From the NCBI GenBank assembly GCA_034422735.1, contig DAOUJL010000039.1, forward strand, positions 100,136 through 164,135: a stretch of DNA of 64,000 bases, in the 5' to 3' direction. This DNA is from Dehalococcoidia bacterium (GTDB taxonomy: Bacteria; Chloroflexota; Dehalococcoidia; Lucifugimonadales; CATOSD01). The translations under genes and the position numbers were made by a program. The notes under the pieces are model-generated. The model saw only the letters and a program-made list of their open reading frames with translations. It had not been told where the DNA came from and made no database searches. Positions 29,801 to 38,047 of this stretch are shown here, in pieces. Numbering within the stretch: position 1 is the stretch's first letter; each line of letters begins with the position of its first letter.

Positions 29801-30745
29801 ATGACGCCCCCGCCCGAAAAACCCCCCGTCATCACCATCGTCGGCCAGACCGCCGTCGGCAAGAGCAACCTCGCCATGTGCCTCGCCAAGCTCCTCGACG
29901 GCGAGATAGTCAGCGCCGATAGCCGCCAGGTCTACCGCCGCATGGACATCGGCACCGCCAAGCCGCCGCCCGACCACCTGGCCGCCGTCCGCCACCACCT
30001 CATCGACGTCGCCGACCCCGACGACGAGTACAGCCTGGCGCTGTTTCTACAGGATGCGCGGAAAGCTATCCAAAACGTAAACGGGAATTCTCGGCTTCCC
30101 ATAGTGGCGGGCGGCACCGGTCAGTACGTGTGGGGACTGCTGGAGGGATGGCAACCCGCCCCGGTAGCGCCCGACCCGCTGCTACGCGCCGAACTCGAGG
30201 CGCGCCTGGAGTGCGAGGGAGTCGCGTCGCTCCACCGCGACCTTGCCGAGCGCGACCCGGAAGCCGCCGCCCGCGTCGACGCCCGCAACCCCCGGCGCGT
30301 CGTCAGGGCGCTCGAGGTTGCCCGCGCGAAAGGGGAGGGCGCGACACGCGCCGCTCGCCGGACCCCGCCGCCGTACAACGTCGCCATCCTGGGTCTGGCG
30401 ATGGACACTGACGCGCTGCGACGGCGCATCGACGATCGAGTGGACGCCATGCTCGCCGCCGGGTGGGTCGACGAGGTGCGCGGCCTGCTCGAGTCGGGCT
30501 ACGGCCCGGACCTGCCCTCCATGTCGAGCCTCGGCTACCGCGAGATCGCCGACCACCTGCGCGGCCGTCTGTCGCTCGACAAGGCCGCAGACGCCGTGAA
30601 GCGCGGCACCCGCAGGTTAGCTAAGCGACAGCGCGCCTGGTTCAAGCCGGCCGACCCGCGCATACGCTGGTTCGACGCCGAGACCGAGCGAGCCGAGGCG
30701 ATCCGCCACGCCGAGCAGTGGCTGAGCAGCGTCCGATCATCCTAA
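29801..30745 (+). CDS. miaA: tRNA dimethylallyltransferase
   Basis: 314 aa with the P-loop GQTAVGKS and SADSRQVYRRMDIGTAKP. Confidence 0.9.
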   Translation: MTPPPEKPPVITIVGQTAVGKSNLAMCLAKLLDGEIVSADSRQVYRRMDIGTAKPPPDHLAAVRHHLIDVADPDDEYSLALFLQDARKAIQNVNGNSRLPIVAGGTGQYVWGLLEGWQPAPVAPDPLLRAELEARLECEGVASLHRDLAERDPEAAARVDARNPRRVVRALEVARAKGEGATRAARRTPPPYNVAILGLAMDTDALRRRIDDRVDAMLAAGWVDEVRGLLESGYGPDLPSMSSLGYREIADHLRGRLSLDKAADAVKRGTRRLAKRQRAWFKPADPRIRWFDAETERAEAIRHAEQWLSSVRSS

Positions 30746-30848
30746 ACCCGCGCCCAAAAGCCCGCATCCGGCCACTTTACGTCTTGGTTAGCTTCCGTTT
30801 ACCCCGATGGCACGGCGTTTCTGTGTTAGGGCCTGTTTGCATTCACTG

Positions 30849-31154
30849 TCACAGAATCATCACGGGAGGGTCTGGATCAACGAAACGATAGATGACATAC
30901 GGGTTGCGCAGACCTATCGATACCGCCTCTTTGACTACCTTTCTCGCGTCATCGCCGGACACGACGACACCATCTTTGGTGTACGCTATCCACTGTCCGG
31001 GATGCCGCTCCAGAATCTCGGGCAGATGAGCCTCGTAGTGATCGACGACCTCCCCAAAAGCGGCGAGACGCTCCAGCATCTCCTCTTCACCACCCATCTC
31101 TGCGATTGTGCGCTCCAATTCATGCCCTGACAGTATCTTGTTTGTAGCCATCAC
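30849..31154 (-). CDS. small hypothetical protein, DUF5678-like C-terminus
   Basis: 101 aa. The C-terminal HPGQWIAYTKDGVVVSGDDARKVVKEAV...YVIYRFVDP resembles the DUF5678 pattern. The region is AT-richer, and no partner gene is visible. Confidence 0.45.
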   Translation of the reverse strand: MMATNKILSGHELERTIAEMGGEEEMLERLAAFGEVVDHYEAHLPEILERHPGQWIAYTKDGVVVSGDDARKVVKEAVSIGLRNPYVIYRFVDPDPPVMIL

Positions 31155-31480
31155 GACACACCTCCGTAACTCAGTTTACCGACGACACCCCCTACTGAGC
31201 AACACACAGCAGCAACCACCCAAAATCCGTGCCCCAAACCTTCCCAACCGCATATCCCAGACGCCACACCCCTTCCCATCACCGCGCAATCCCTTCTCAT
31301 CTGTGTCCCAAAAATCCCCACAATCAGGCCCTGACTCCCCTCACCAGCCCGTAGGGGCAATCCCTTGTGGTTGCCCACTCCCCCTCGCCAGCCCGTCCGG
31401 CGGGGGACGGCCCCCTCCGCATTCGTCATACCCTCGAAAGAACGTCACCCCCGTGAATACGGGGGCGGGAACCCAGATAC

Positions 31481-31547
31481 GCGGCCCCGACCCCTTGATT
31501 CTACAGCACGAACGTGCTACTTTCGACCACGTAGGCGCTGAGGCAAC
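31481..31547 (-). repeat. palindrome-containing ~70-nt element, copy E1
   Basis: The reverse complement agTTGCCtCAGCGCCTAcgtgGTcGAAAGTAGCACGttCGTGCTGTAGAaTCAAggg-GTCGGGGCCgCG matches 50787..50858. It contains the inverted repeat AGCACG-NN-CGTGCT. Confidence 0.8.
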
Positions 31548-31567
31548 TCTTCATTGGTGAAGCCAAT

Positions 31568-31607
31568 GTCCCTTCCCCCTTGATGGGGGAAGGTTAGGAT
31601 GGGGGTG
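31568..31607 (+). repeat. family-A hairpin repeat (copy A5)
   Basis: gtcccttcccccttgatgggggaaggttaggatgggggtg. Confidence 0.9.
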
Positions 31608-31824
31608 ATTCCGGCCCAGGATCACCTACGCGTTCCTGTGTCATTCTGCGCCAAACTAGACACCGGTGTACCGTGATCGAACACAAAGAGGACAGCCCGC
31701 CCAGCTACGAAATGGACAGCATGGAGCAGAATCGAACAGATTTTTTCGTACGCGCCGGGATCGGACCGGCCGCCCTGGAATCTGTGCTAGAATAATGCAC
31801 CGAAACCCCCGCGAGAGGCCCCGC

Positions 31825-32664
31825 ATGAAGTTCACCAAGATGCACGGCGCCGGCAACGACTACGTGTTCGTAGACGGCAGAGACGGCGACCGCGACTGGC
31901 CCGCTCTGTCCGTCGCCATGAGCGACCGGCACCTCGGCGTCGGCTCCGACGGCGTAATCGTGCTCCAGAGCGCCGACGACGCCGACGTCCGCATGTCCAT
32001 GTTCAACGCCGACGGCTCCCAGGGCGAGATGTGCGGCAACGGCATCCGGTGCTTCGTGCGGTTCGCCATCGACAACGGCGCGGTCTCCGCCGACAGGTCG
32101 CCCATCACCGTGAAGACCCTCGCCGGCGTGCTCGAAGTCTCCCCCGGCTGGGAGCGCGGCGAGCTGACCCACGCCAGCGTGAGCATGGGCGAGCCGATAC
32201 TGGAGCCAGCGGAGGTGCCGGTGCTCGCGCCCGGTCCCGGCCCCGTGCTGCGCCACACGCTCAGCGTGGGAGGGCGCACGTTCGATCTCGCGTTCGTGTC
32301 GATGGGCAATCCGCACGCCGTCGCCTTCATCGACGAGCCGGTGGACGACGTGCCGCTGCACGAGATAGGGCCGCTCGTGGAGCACGACCCAATCTTCCCC
32401 AACCGGGTGAACTTCGAGATAGTGAACGCTCTCAGCGAAACGCACCTGGCCGCGCGCGTGTGGGAACGCGGGTCGGGCCTCACCCAGGCGTGCGGCACCG
32501 GAGCCTGCGCCATCGCGGTCGCGGCGCGGCTGCGCGGCCTGACCGGAGACGCCGTGGCCGTGACGCTGCCCGGCGGCGACCTGACCGTGCGCTGGCCCGG
32601 ACACGGCGAAGTCATACTCAACGGCCCCGTCGCCAAGGTGTACGAGGGCACCTGGCCCGGCTAA
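31825..32664 (+). CDS. dapF: diaminopimelate epimerase
   Basis: ATG 31825. MKFTKMHGAGNDYVFVD...GEMCGNGIRC...ACGTGACA, with both catalytic Cys motifs present. Confidence 0.93.
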   Translation: MKFTKMHGAGNDYVFVDGRDGDRDWPALSVAMSDRHLGVGSDGVIVLQSADDADVRMSMFNADGSQGEMCGNGIRCFVRFAIDNGAVSADRSPITVKTLAGVLEVSPGWERGELTHASVSMGEPILEPAEVPVLAPGPGPVLRHTLSVGGRTFDLAFVSMGNPHAVAFIDEPVDDVPLHEIGPLVEHDPIFPNRVNFEIVNALSETHLAARVWERGSGLTQACGTGACAIAVAARLRGLTGDAVAVTLPGGDLTVRWPGHGEVILNGPVAKVYEGTWPG

Positions 32665-32678
32665 GGGGGCCTCATACA

Positions 32679-32718
32679 TCCCCTCTCCCCCGCGCGGGAG
32701 AGGGCTAGGGTGAGAGGG
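32679..32718 (+). repeat. family-B hairpin repeat (copy B3)
   Basis: tcccctctcccccgcgcgggagagggctagggtgagaggg, in tandem with B4. Confidence 0.9.
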
Positions 32719-32728
32719 CCACGTTAAT

Positions 32729-32769
32729 GTCCCCTCTCCCCCGCGCGGGAGAGGGTTAGGGTGAGGGGG
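32729..32769 (+). repeat. family-B hairpin repeat (copy B4)
   Basis: gtcccctctcccccgcgcgggagagggttagggtgaggggg. Confidence 0.9.
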
Positions 32770-32831
32770 CACTCGGGACGGGAATGCCGAACTGTGAAAC
32801 TGAGATTCCGACTAACTGAGGGAGGCTGCCA

Positions 32832-34022
32832 GTGAAGCTCGCCAGACGTCTAGACAAGATACCGCCGTACCTCTTCGTCGAGATAAGCCGCAAGATCGCC
32901 GCGAAGAAGGCGCAGGGTATCGAGGTCATCAGCTTTGGCATAGGCGACCCGGACATTCCGACGCCTCCCCACGTCGTGGAGCGCCTCCGGGAGACGGCCC
33001 TGGACGCGCCGAACCACCGCTACCCCGAGTCCGACGGGCTGCCCGAGTTCCGGCAGGCCGCCGCCGACTGGTACCAGCGGCGTTTCGGCCTCTCGCTCGA
33101 CTCCGATAAGGAAGTGCTCTCGCTCATCGGCGCCAAGGAGGGCATAGGCCACGCCGCGCTGTGCTTCCTGGACCCGGGCGACGTGGCGCTCGTGCCCGAC
33201 CCCGGCTATCCCGTCTACTCGGTGGGCACCTGGTTCGCGGGCGGCGAGTGCCACTGGATGCCGCTGCTGGAGGAGAACGGCTGGCTGCCAGACCTGGAGG
33301 CCATACCGGAGGACGTGGCGCGAGCCGCAAAGGTGATGTGGCTCAACTACCCGAACAACCCCACCGGCGCCATTGCCGAGGCCGACTACTTCGAGCAGGT
33401 CGTCGAATTCGCGGCCCGCTACGACATTGCGGTGCTGCACGACGCCTCCTACACCGAGGTCGCCTTCGACGGCTACAAGCCCGCCAGCTTCCTGCAAACC
33501 CCGGGCGCGATGGAAGTGGGCATGGAGTTTCACTCCCTGTCCAAGAGCTACAACATGACCGGATGGCGGCTCGGCGTCGCGGCCGGCAACGCCGAGATGA
33601 TCGACGCGCTGATGGTCGTCAAGTCGAATCTCGACTCGGGCGTGCCCCAGGCCATCCAGTATATGGGCATCGAGGCGCTGAAGGACCCGCTCGACGCCAT
33701 CGACGAGCGAAACGCCATCTACCAGCGCCGCAGGGACCGTGTGCTCGAGACGCTCCAGGGCATCGGGCTGCACGTGGACCCGCCCAAGGCGGGCCTGTAC
33801 GTGTGGGCGCGCATCCCGCACGGCTACACCTCGGCCCAGATAGCCGAATCGCTGCTGGAGCAGTGCGACATCGTCGTCACGCCCGGCAAAGGCTACGGCG
33901 CCTACGGCGAAGGCTACATCCGGCTGACTCTGACCATAAACGACGAGGACATGGAGCGGGGCCTCCAGCGCCTGGCCGACTGGAAGCTGCCCCCGCCCGC
34001 CAAATGCACAAAAGGGAGCTAG
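32832..34022 (+). CDS. dapL: LL-diaminopimelate aminotransferase
   Basis: 396 aa with LDKIPPYLFVEI...ISFGIGDPD...NYPNNPTG...SLSKSYNMTGWRLG. It is adjacent to dapF. Confidence 0.85.
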   Translation: MKLARRLDKIPPYLFVEISRKIAAKKAQGIEVISFGIGDPDIPTPPHVVERLRETALDAPNHRYPESDGLPEFRQAAADWYQRRFGLSLDSDKEVLSLIGAKEGIGHAALCFLDPGDVALVPDPGYPVYSVGTWFAGGECHWMPLLEENGWLPDLEAIPEDVARAAKVMWLNYPNNPTGAIAEADYFEQVVEFAARYDIAVLHDASYTEVAFDGYKPASFLQTPGAMEVGMEFHSLSKSYNMTGWRLGVAAGNAEMIDALMVVKSNLDSGVPQAIQYMGIEALKDPLDAIDERNAIYQRRRDRVLETLQGIGLHVDPPKAGLYVWARIPHGYTSAQIAESLLEQCDIVVTPGKGYGAYGEGYIRLTLTINDEDMERGLQRLADWKLPPPAKCTKGS

Positions 34023-34052
34023 GCCATACCTAACCGGACCGTCGAGACCCAA

Positions 34053-35210
34053 ATGCACAACGTGAGGCGGCGGCGCGAACGGGCGCTGCTGGTCGGGGTG
34101 CGGCTGAAGTCCCGCCAAAAGCCGCTCTGGTCGTTCGAAGAGTCGCTCAACGAGCTCGGCGACCTGGCCGCGAGCGCCGGCGCGCACGTCGTGGCCAGGA
34201 TGAAGCAGCGACTGGCCAAGCCGGCCAACACCTACGTCGGCAAGGGCAAGCTCCAAGAGCTGCGTGAACTGGTGCAGTACCGCGACGTCGGCACCGTCAT
34301 CTGCGACGACGAGCTAACGCCCACCCAGCAGCGCAACCTCGAAAACGCGCTGGGCGGTGGGCGGCCAGATGCACAAGCCCCAGATGCACAAGTGAAGGTC
34401 ATAGACCGCACGGCGCTCATCCTCGACGTGTTCGCGCAGAGAGCGCGCACCAGGGAGGGCCGGCTGCAGGTGGAGCTCGCCCAGCACGAGTACCTGCTGC
34501 CCAGGCTCGCGGGGCAGTGGTCGCACCTGGAGCGGCTCGGCGGCGGCATCGGCACCCGCGGACCCGGCGAGACCCAGATAGAGACGGACCGCAGGCTGGT
34601 GCGCGACCGCATCCTGCGGCTGAAGAAGAGCCTGGACGACGTGAGACGCCACCGGAGCGGATACCGCGCCCGCCGCCGCGAGATGCGGCTGCCCGTGGCG
34701 TCGCTGGTGGGGTACACCAACGCGGGCAAGAGCACGCTGCTGAACAACCTTACCGGCGCCGGCGTGCTGGCCGAGGACCGGCTGTTCTCCACGCTCGACC
34801 CGGTGACCCGAAAGGTGCGCCTGCCCTCGGGCCGGACGGTTCTGGTCTCCGACACGGTAGGGTTTATCCAGAAGCTGCCCACGTCGCTGGTGGCCGCGTT
34901 CCGGGCCACGCTCGAGGAGATCGAGGAATCGACGCTCGTCATCCACGTGCTGGACATCACCCGGGCCAACGCCGCAGAGCAGGCCCATGTCGTCACGGGA
35001 ATCCTGGACGACATGGGCCTGTCCGACCACCCGCAGATCCTGGTGCTGAACAAGACCGACCTGCTGCCCGAGTTCGATCTGTTGGACAGTCTCGTTGAGG
35101 AGGACGACCGGGTGGTGTTCGCGTCCGCGCTGACCGGCGAGGGCGTGGGTGATCTGCTATCCGAGATAGACGACGTGCTGAGCCGCTCGGAAGCGGCGGT
35201 TATCGCGTAA
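34053..35210 (+). CDS. hflX: GTPase HflX
   Basis: 385 aa with the HflX N-domain (ERALLVGV...) plus G-domain GYTNAGKSTLLN, DTVGF and NKTD. Confidence 0.92.
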   Translation: MHNVRRRRERALLVGVRLKSRQKPLWSFEESLNELGDLAASAGAHVVARMKQRLAKPANTYVGKGKLQELRELVQYRDVGTVICDDELTPTQQRNLENALGGGRPDAQAPDAQVKVIDRTALILDVFAQRARTREGRLQVELAQHEYLLPRLAGQWSHLERLGGGIGTRGPGETQIETDRRLVRDRILRLKKSLDDVRRHRSGYRARRREMRLPVASLVGYTNAGKSTLLNNLTGAGVLAEDRLFSTLDPVTRKVRLPSGRTVLVSDTVGFIQKLPTSLVAAFRATLEEIEESTLVIHVLDITRANAAEQAHVVTGILDDMGLSDHPQILVLNKTDLLPEFDLLDSLVEEDDRVVFASALTGEGVGDLLSEIDDVLSRSEAAVIA

Positions 35211-35292
35211 GCGCATCCGGGGGTGCGGGTGTGCGGTAGGGGGGAGAAATCAGGGTGCGTGGGGGCCATGGCGCGATGTTCGCACTATAATT

Positions 35293-35342
35293 GTTATGTA
35301 AAGTACAGCTACGGCACGAACCAAAAACTTGCTTTACATAAC
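35293..35342. promoter_or_regulatory. 11-bp perfect inverted repeat (operator/hairpin candidate) upstream of MFS gene
   Basis: GTTATGTAAAG (35293-35303), 28 nt, then CTTTACATAAC (35332-35342), in a sharply AT-rich patch. A TATAAT hexamer lies at 35286-35291. Confidence 0.35.
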
Positions 35343-35393
35343 GTAACATCGCCGTTTCGCCCACGCCAACAGCCCGGACGCTGATTTCCCAAA

Positions 35394-36671
35394 ATGGCCT
35401 TACCCCCGCGCCTGAATCGCCTCCGACTCGTGCGAACGCCCGCGCTGGCCTACCGCGACATGCGGCTGCTGTCGGCGGCGGGCGTGTTCGACGGTGTCGG
35501 CTTCCTGGGCGAGCATCTCGTGCTGGGATGGCTCATGCTCGAGCTGACCGACTCGCCCTTCATGGTTGGTGCTGCGCTCGGCATTCGAATGGCGCCAGCC
35601 TTCCTCCTCGGAGCGGTCGCCGGAGCTCTGGCGGACATTGTGGACCGCCGCGCGGTGTTGATCCTGATAAACGGACCGCTGGCGGCCACCGCGGCCATCT
35701 CGGGCGCGCTGTACCACTTCGGTCTGCTGGAACCGTGGCACCTGTTCGTTCTGGCTGTGGCGGGCGGCAGTTTGCCTCCTCTGAAGATGACGCTGCAACA
35801 GAGCTACGTCGCGGACCTGGTAGGCCTGCCGAATCTGCTGAACGGCATCGCCTTCCTCAATATTGGAACCAGGGGCGGCGGCTTCCTGGGCTCGATCCTG
35901 CTGGGATTCGTGCTGGAGCGCCTTGGCGCAGACTACGCCTACTTCACCATGGCCTCGACCTACCTGTTGACGGCGGGTATCCTCGCTCTCACGCGCGGTC
36001 CAGCGGACGCCGACAGTGGCGGCGGCAGACCACGCCGGCCGCGGCGCGCCGAAGGTTTGGGCGGCGTGCTTGGCGAGCTGGCGGGCAACGTGGCCCGCCT
36101 TGCGGCAGAGCTGAGGCGCAACCGCCTGCTCCTTACGCTCGCCGGCACTAGCATGATCATAGAATTAGCGGGGTTTTCTCACTTCTCACTGTATCCCAGC
36201 ATCGCGCGGGACGTGCTCGGCGTCGGCCCGCAGGAGCTGGGCTACATGAGCGCGGCGCGCTCGCTGGGAGGAGTTCTCGCAGTTATGATGATGGCCGCCA
36301 TCGGAGTACAGAGCCACCGGGGGGTCAGCTACATGGCTACCATCTTCGTGTTCGGCCTCGGCGTGGTGCTTCTGGCGTTCATCGGCAACCTCTGGCTCGC
36401 GCTGGTCGCCATAGCCGTGGTGTGCGGCATGGCGTCGCTGCTGGACGTCTACTCGCAGAGCATGATGCTCACCATCGTGCCGTCCGACCTGAGGGGCCGC
36501 GCGGCCGGGGCATGGGTCGTGGCGACGGGCACGGGCCCCCTTGGAAGCCTGCAAATAGGCGCTCTCGCCTCTTCTACTACCATCGCCTTCGCACTGGGCG
36601 CCAACGGGGCCGTCCTCGTGTTGCTGGCGGTTTTCGGGCTGCTGTTTCTGCCGACCCTGCGCCGCCTTTAG
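35394..36671 (+). CDS. MFS transporter
   Basis: 425 aa with about 12 hydrophobic segments and an Arg-rich central loop. The architecture is MFS-like. Confidence 0.7.
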   Translation: MALPPRLNRLRLVRTPALAYRDMRLLSAAGVFDGVGFLGEHLVLGWLMLELTDSPFMVGAALGIRMAPAFLLGAVAGALADIVDRRAVLILINGPLAATAAISGALYHFGLLEPWHLFVLAVAGGSLPPLKMTLQQSYVADLVGLPNLLNGIAFLNIGTRGGGFLGSILLGFVLERLGADYAYFTMASTYLLTAGILALTRGPADADSGGGRPRRPRRAEGLGGVLGELAGNVARLAAELRRNRLLLTLAGTSMIIELAGFSHFSLYPSIARDVLGVGPQELGYMSAARSLGGVLAVMMMAAIGVQSHRGVSYMATIFVFGLGVVLLAFIGNLWLALVAIAVVCGMASLLDVYSQSMMLTIVPSDLRGRAAGAWVVATGTGPLGSLQIGALASSTTIAFALGANGAVLVLLAVFGLLFLPTLRRL

Positions 36672-36684
36672 ACGCTAACGGCGG

Positions 36685-37779
36685 CTAGGTGACTACCTTT
36701 ATGATCCCCGTGTCTCTCAGCGACAGCAGTAGCGCCAGCCCAACGTCTTCGGGACGGTCCCGCGTGTAGTCGATGGTCTCCAGACCCACGAACGGGCTGT
36801 AGGCCTGTGTATCGCTCTCGCGCAATACCACGACCTTCTTGCTGTAGAGGGCGGATGCGGCGCCGACGTGGAACAGCATCCGGTCCGGTCCCTGCCCGGG
36901 TGTGCTCGCCGTCAACACCAGTATGGCCGAGTTGCAGGCCTTCATGGCCTCCGAAACCCTCGGCGACACCGGCTGCGCGCTGTCCGGCTCATCGTCGACC
37001 GAGCTGTAAGGAATATCGAACTCCTGGAGAAGGTCTTTGATGAATTCTACAACTTCCGTTTCGACCTGGTAACCCAGGTACACCCTGCGGGGAGGCGACT
37101 GCTCCACTTCGTGCGCCGGCTCCGCTGGACGCTCCCCTTCCCCGCCGGTGAGAGTGGCGGCGTCCACAGCGGGCTCGGCCTCGGTTGGTGCCGAGGCGCC
37201 GCTCAGATCCACGCTCAGAATCCCGTCCGCATCCGCCGTCAAGATGCCGACGAACAAACCGTTGGCCCTGATCAACTCGACGCACTCCGCGGAAATCGAG
37301 GGGTCGATTCCCCATCCCCGCTCCAGAACGTTGCGCGAGAAGTCGTCCCTGGGCAGCGCGTCGCCGTCCATCTGTTCGTAGAACCCCACAAAGACGTCCG
37401 GGTTACAGGCCGCCTCGATCAGCGCACCGCGGCGCTCCCCTTCCGACATTGGCGACACCGCCGCCTCCCCCAGCGGAGTCAGGCTGATCACTTCGTCGTT
37501 CACGCCGCCCTCGGTCAGCCCATACTTTACCGACGAAGTCAGCTTCATCCTGAACGCGCTGCTTCCCTTCGTGGTTCCCATCGCATCCGCGAGCCGGTCG
37601 GGAGCCAGCGGCTGGCCCCCGTTTACCGCGCGTATTGCCTCCGCGGCCGCAAGGGTATCCTGAAGGCTGTGGGTCGGGTACGGGCGCCTTATGAGCAGTC
37701 TCTTTGGCCTGCGGCCCGTGTCCTCTCCAGTAGACGCCCTCTGTGTCATATCACTCGCATCCGGAGTTATTTCAGCCAT
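36685..37779 (-). CDS. hypothetical two-domain protein: N-terminal wHTH-like region plus C-terminal degenerate TIR-like (PF10137/COG4271-like) domain
   Basis: 364 aa. The C-terminal ~130 aa (RVYLGYQVETEVVEFIKDLLQEFDIPYSSV...CNSAILVLTAS...MLFHVGAASALYSKKVVVLRE...GLETIDY) follows the strand/helix spacing of TIR-like nucleotide-binding domains but lacks the usual HGH and E residues. A low-complexity acidic linker joins the two parts. Confidence 0.35.
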   Translation of the reverse strand: MAEITPDASDMTQRASTGEDTGRRPKRLLIRRPYPTHSLQDTLAAAEAIRAVNGGQPLAPDRLADAMGTTKGSSAFRMKLTSSVKYGLTEGGVNDEVISLTPLGEAAVSPMSEGERRGALIEAACNPDVFVGFYEQMDGDALPRDDFSRNVLERGWGIDPSISAECVELIRANGLFVGILTADADGILSVDLSGASAPTEAEPAVDAATLTGGEGERPAEPAHEVEQSPPRRVYLGYQVETEVVEFIKDLLQEFDIPYSSVDDEPDSAQPVSPRVSEAMKACNSAILVLTASTPGQGPDRMLFHVGAASALYSKKVVVLRESDTQAYSPFVGLETIDYTRDRPEDVGLALLLSLRDTGIIKVVT

Positions 37780-38047
37780 AATTCAAACAATTCAGATTTC
37801 AGAAATACTAACAGAAGCAGCGCCGGTCGTAAAGCTAATTCAGCGCGATTTCAGTTCTCTACGCCGTGTTACAGGCGCAGAAATACGTGCCTGGATCGAC
37901 ATTCAGGCCATCTGGTCGGATGTCACGCGCTGAAGTCGTCGAGAGGCCGCCGTAGTCCCGGGTGCCGCTGGCGCACGACCGAAGACACGGGCCCATATTT
38001 CAGCCGGTGTCGCGCGCGCCGGCGACGCTCTCCCGCGAGCCCCAAAA

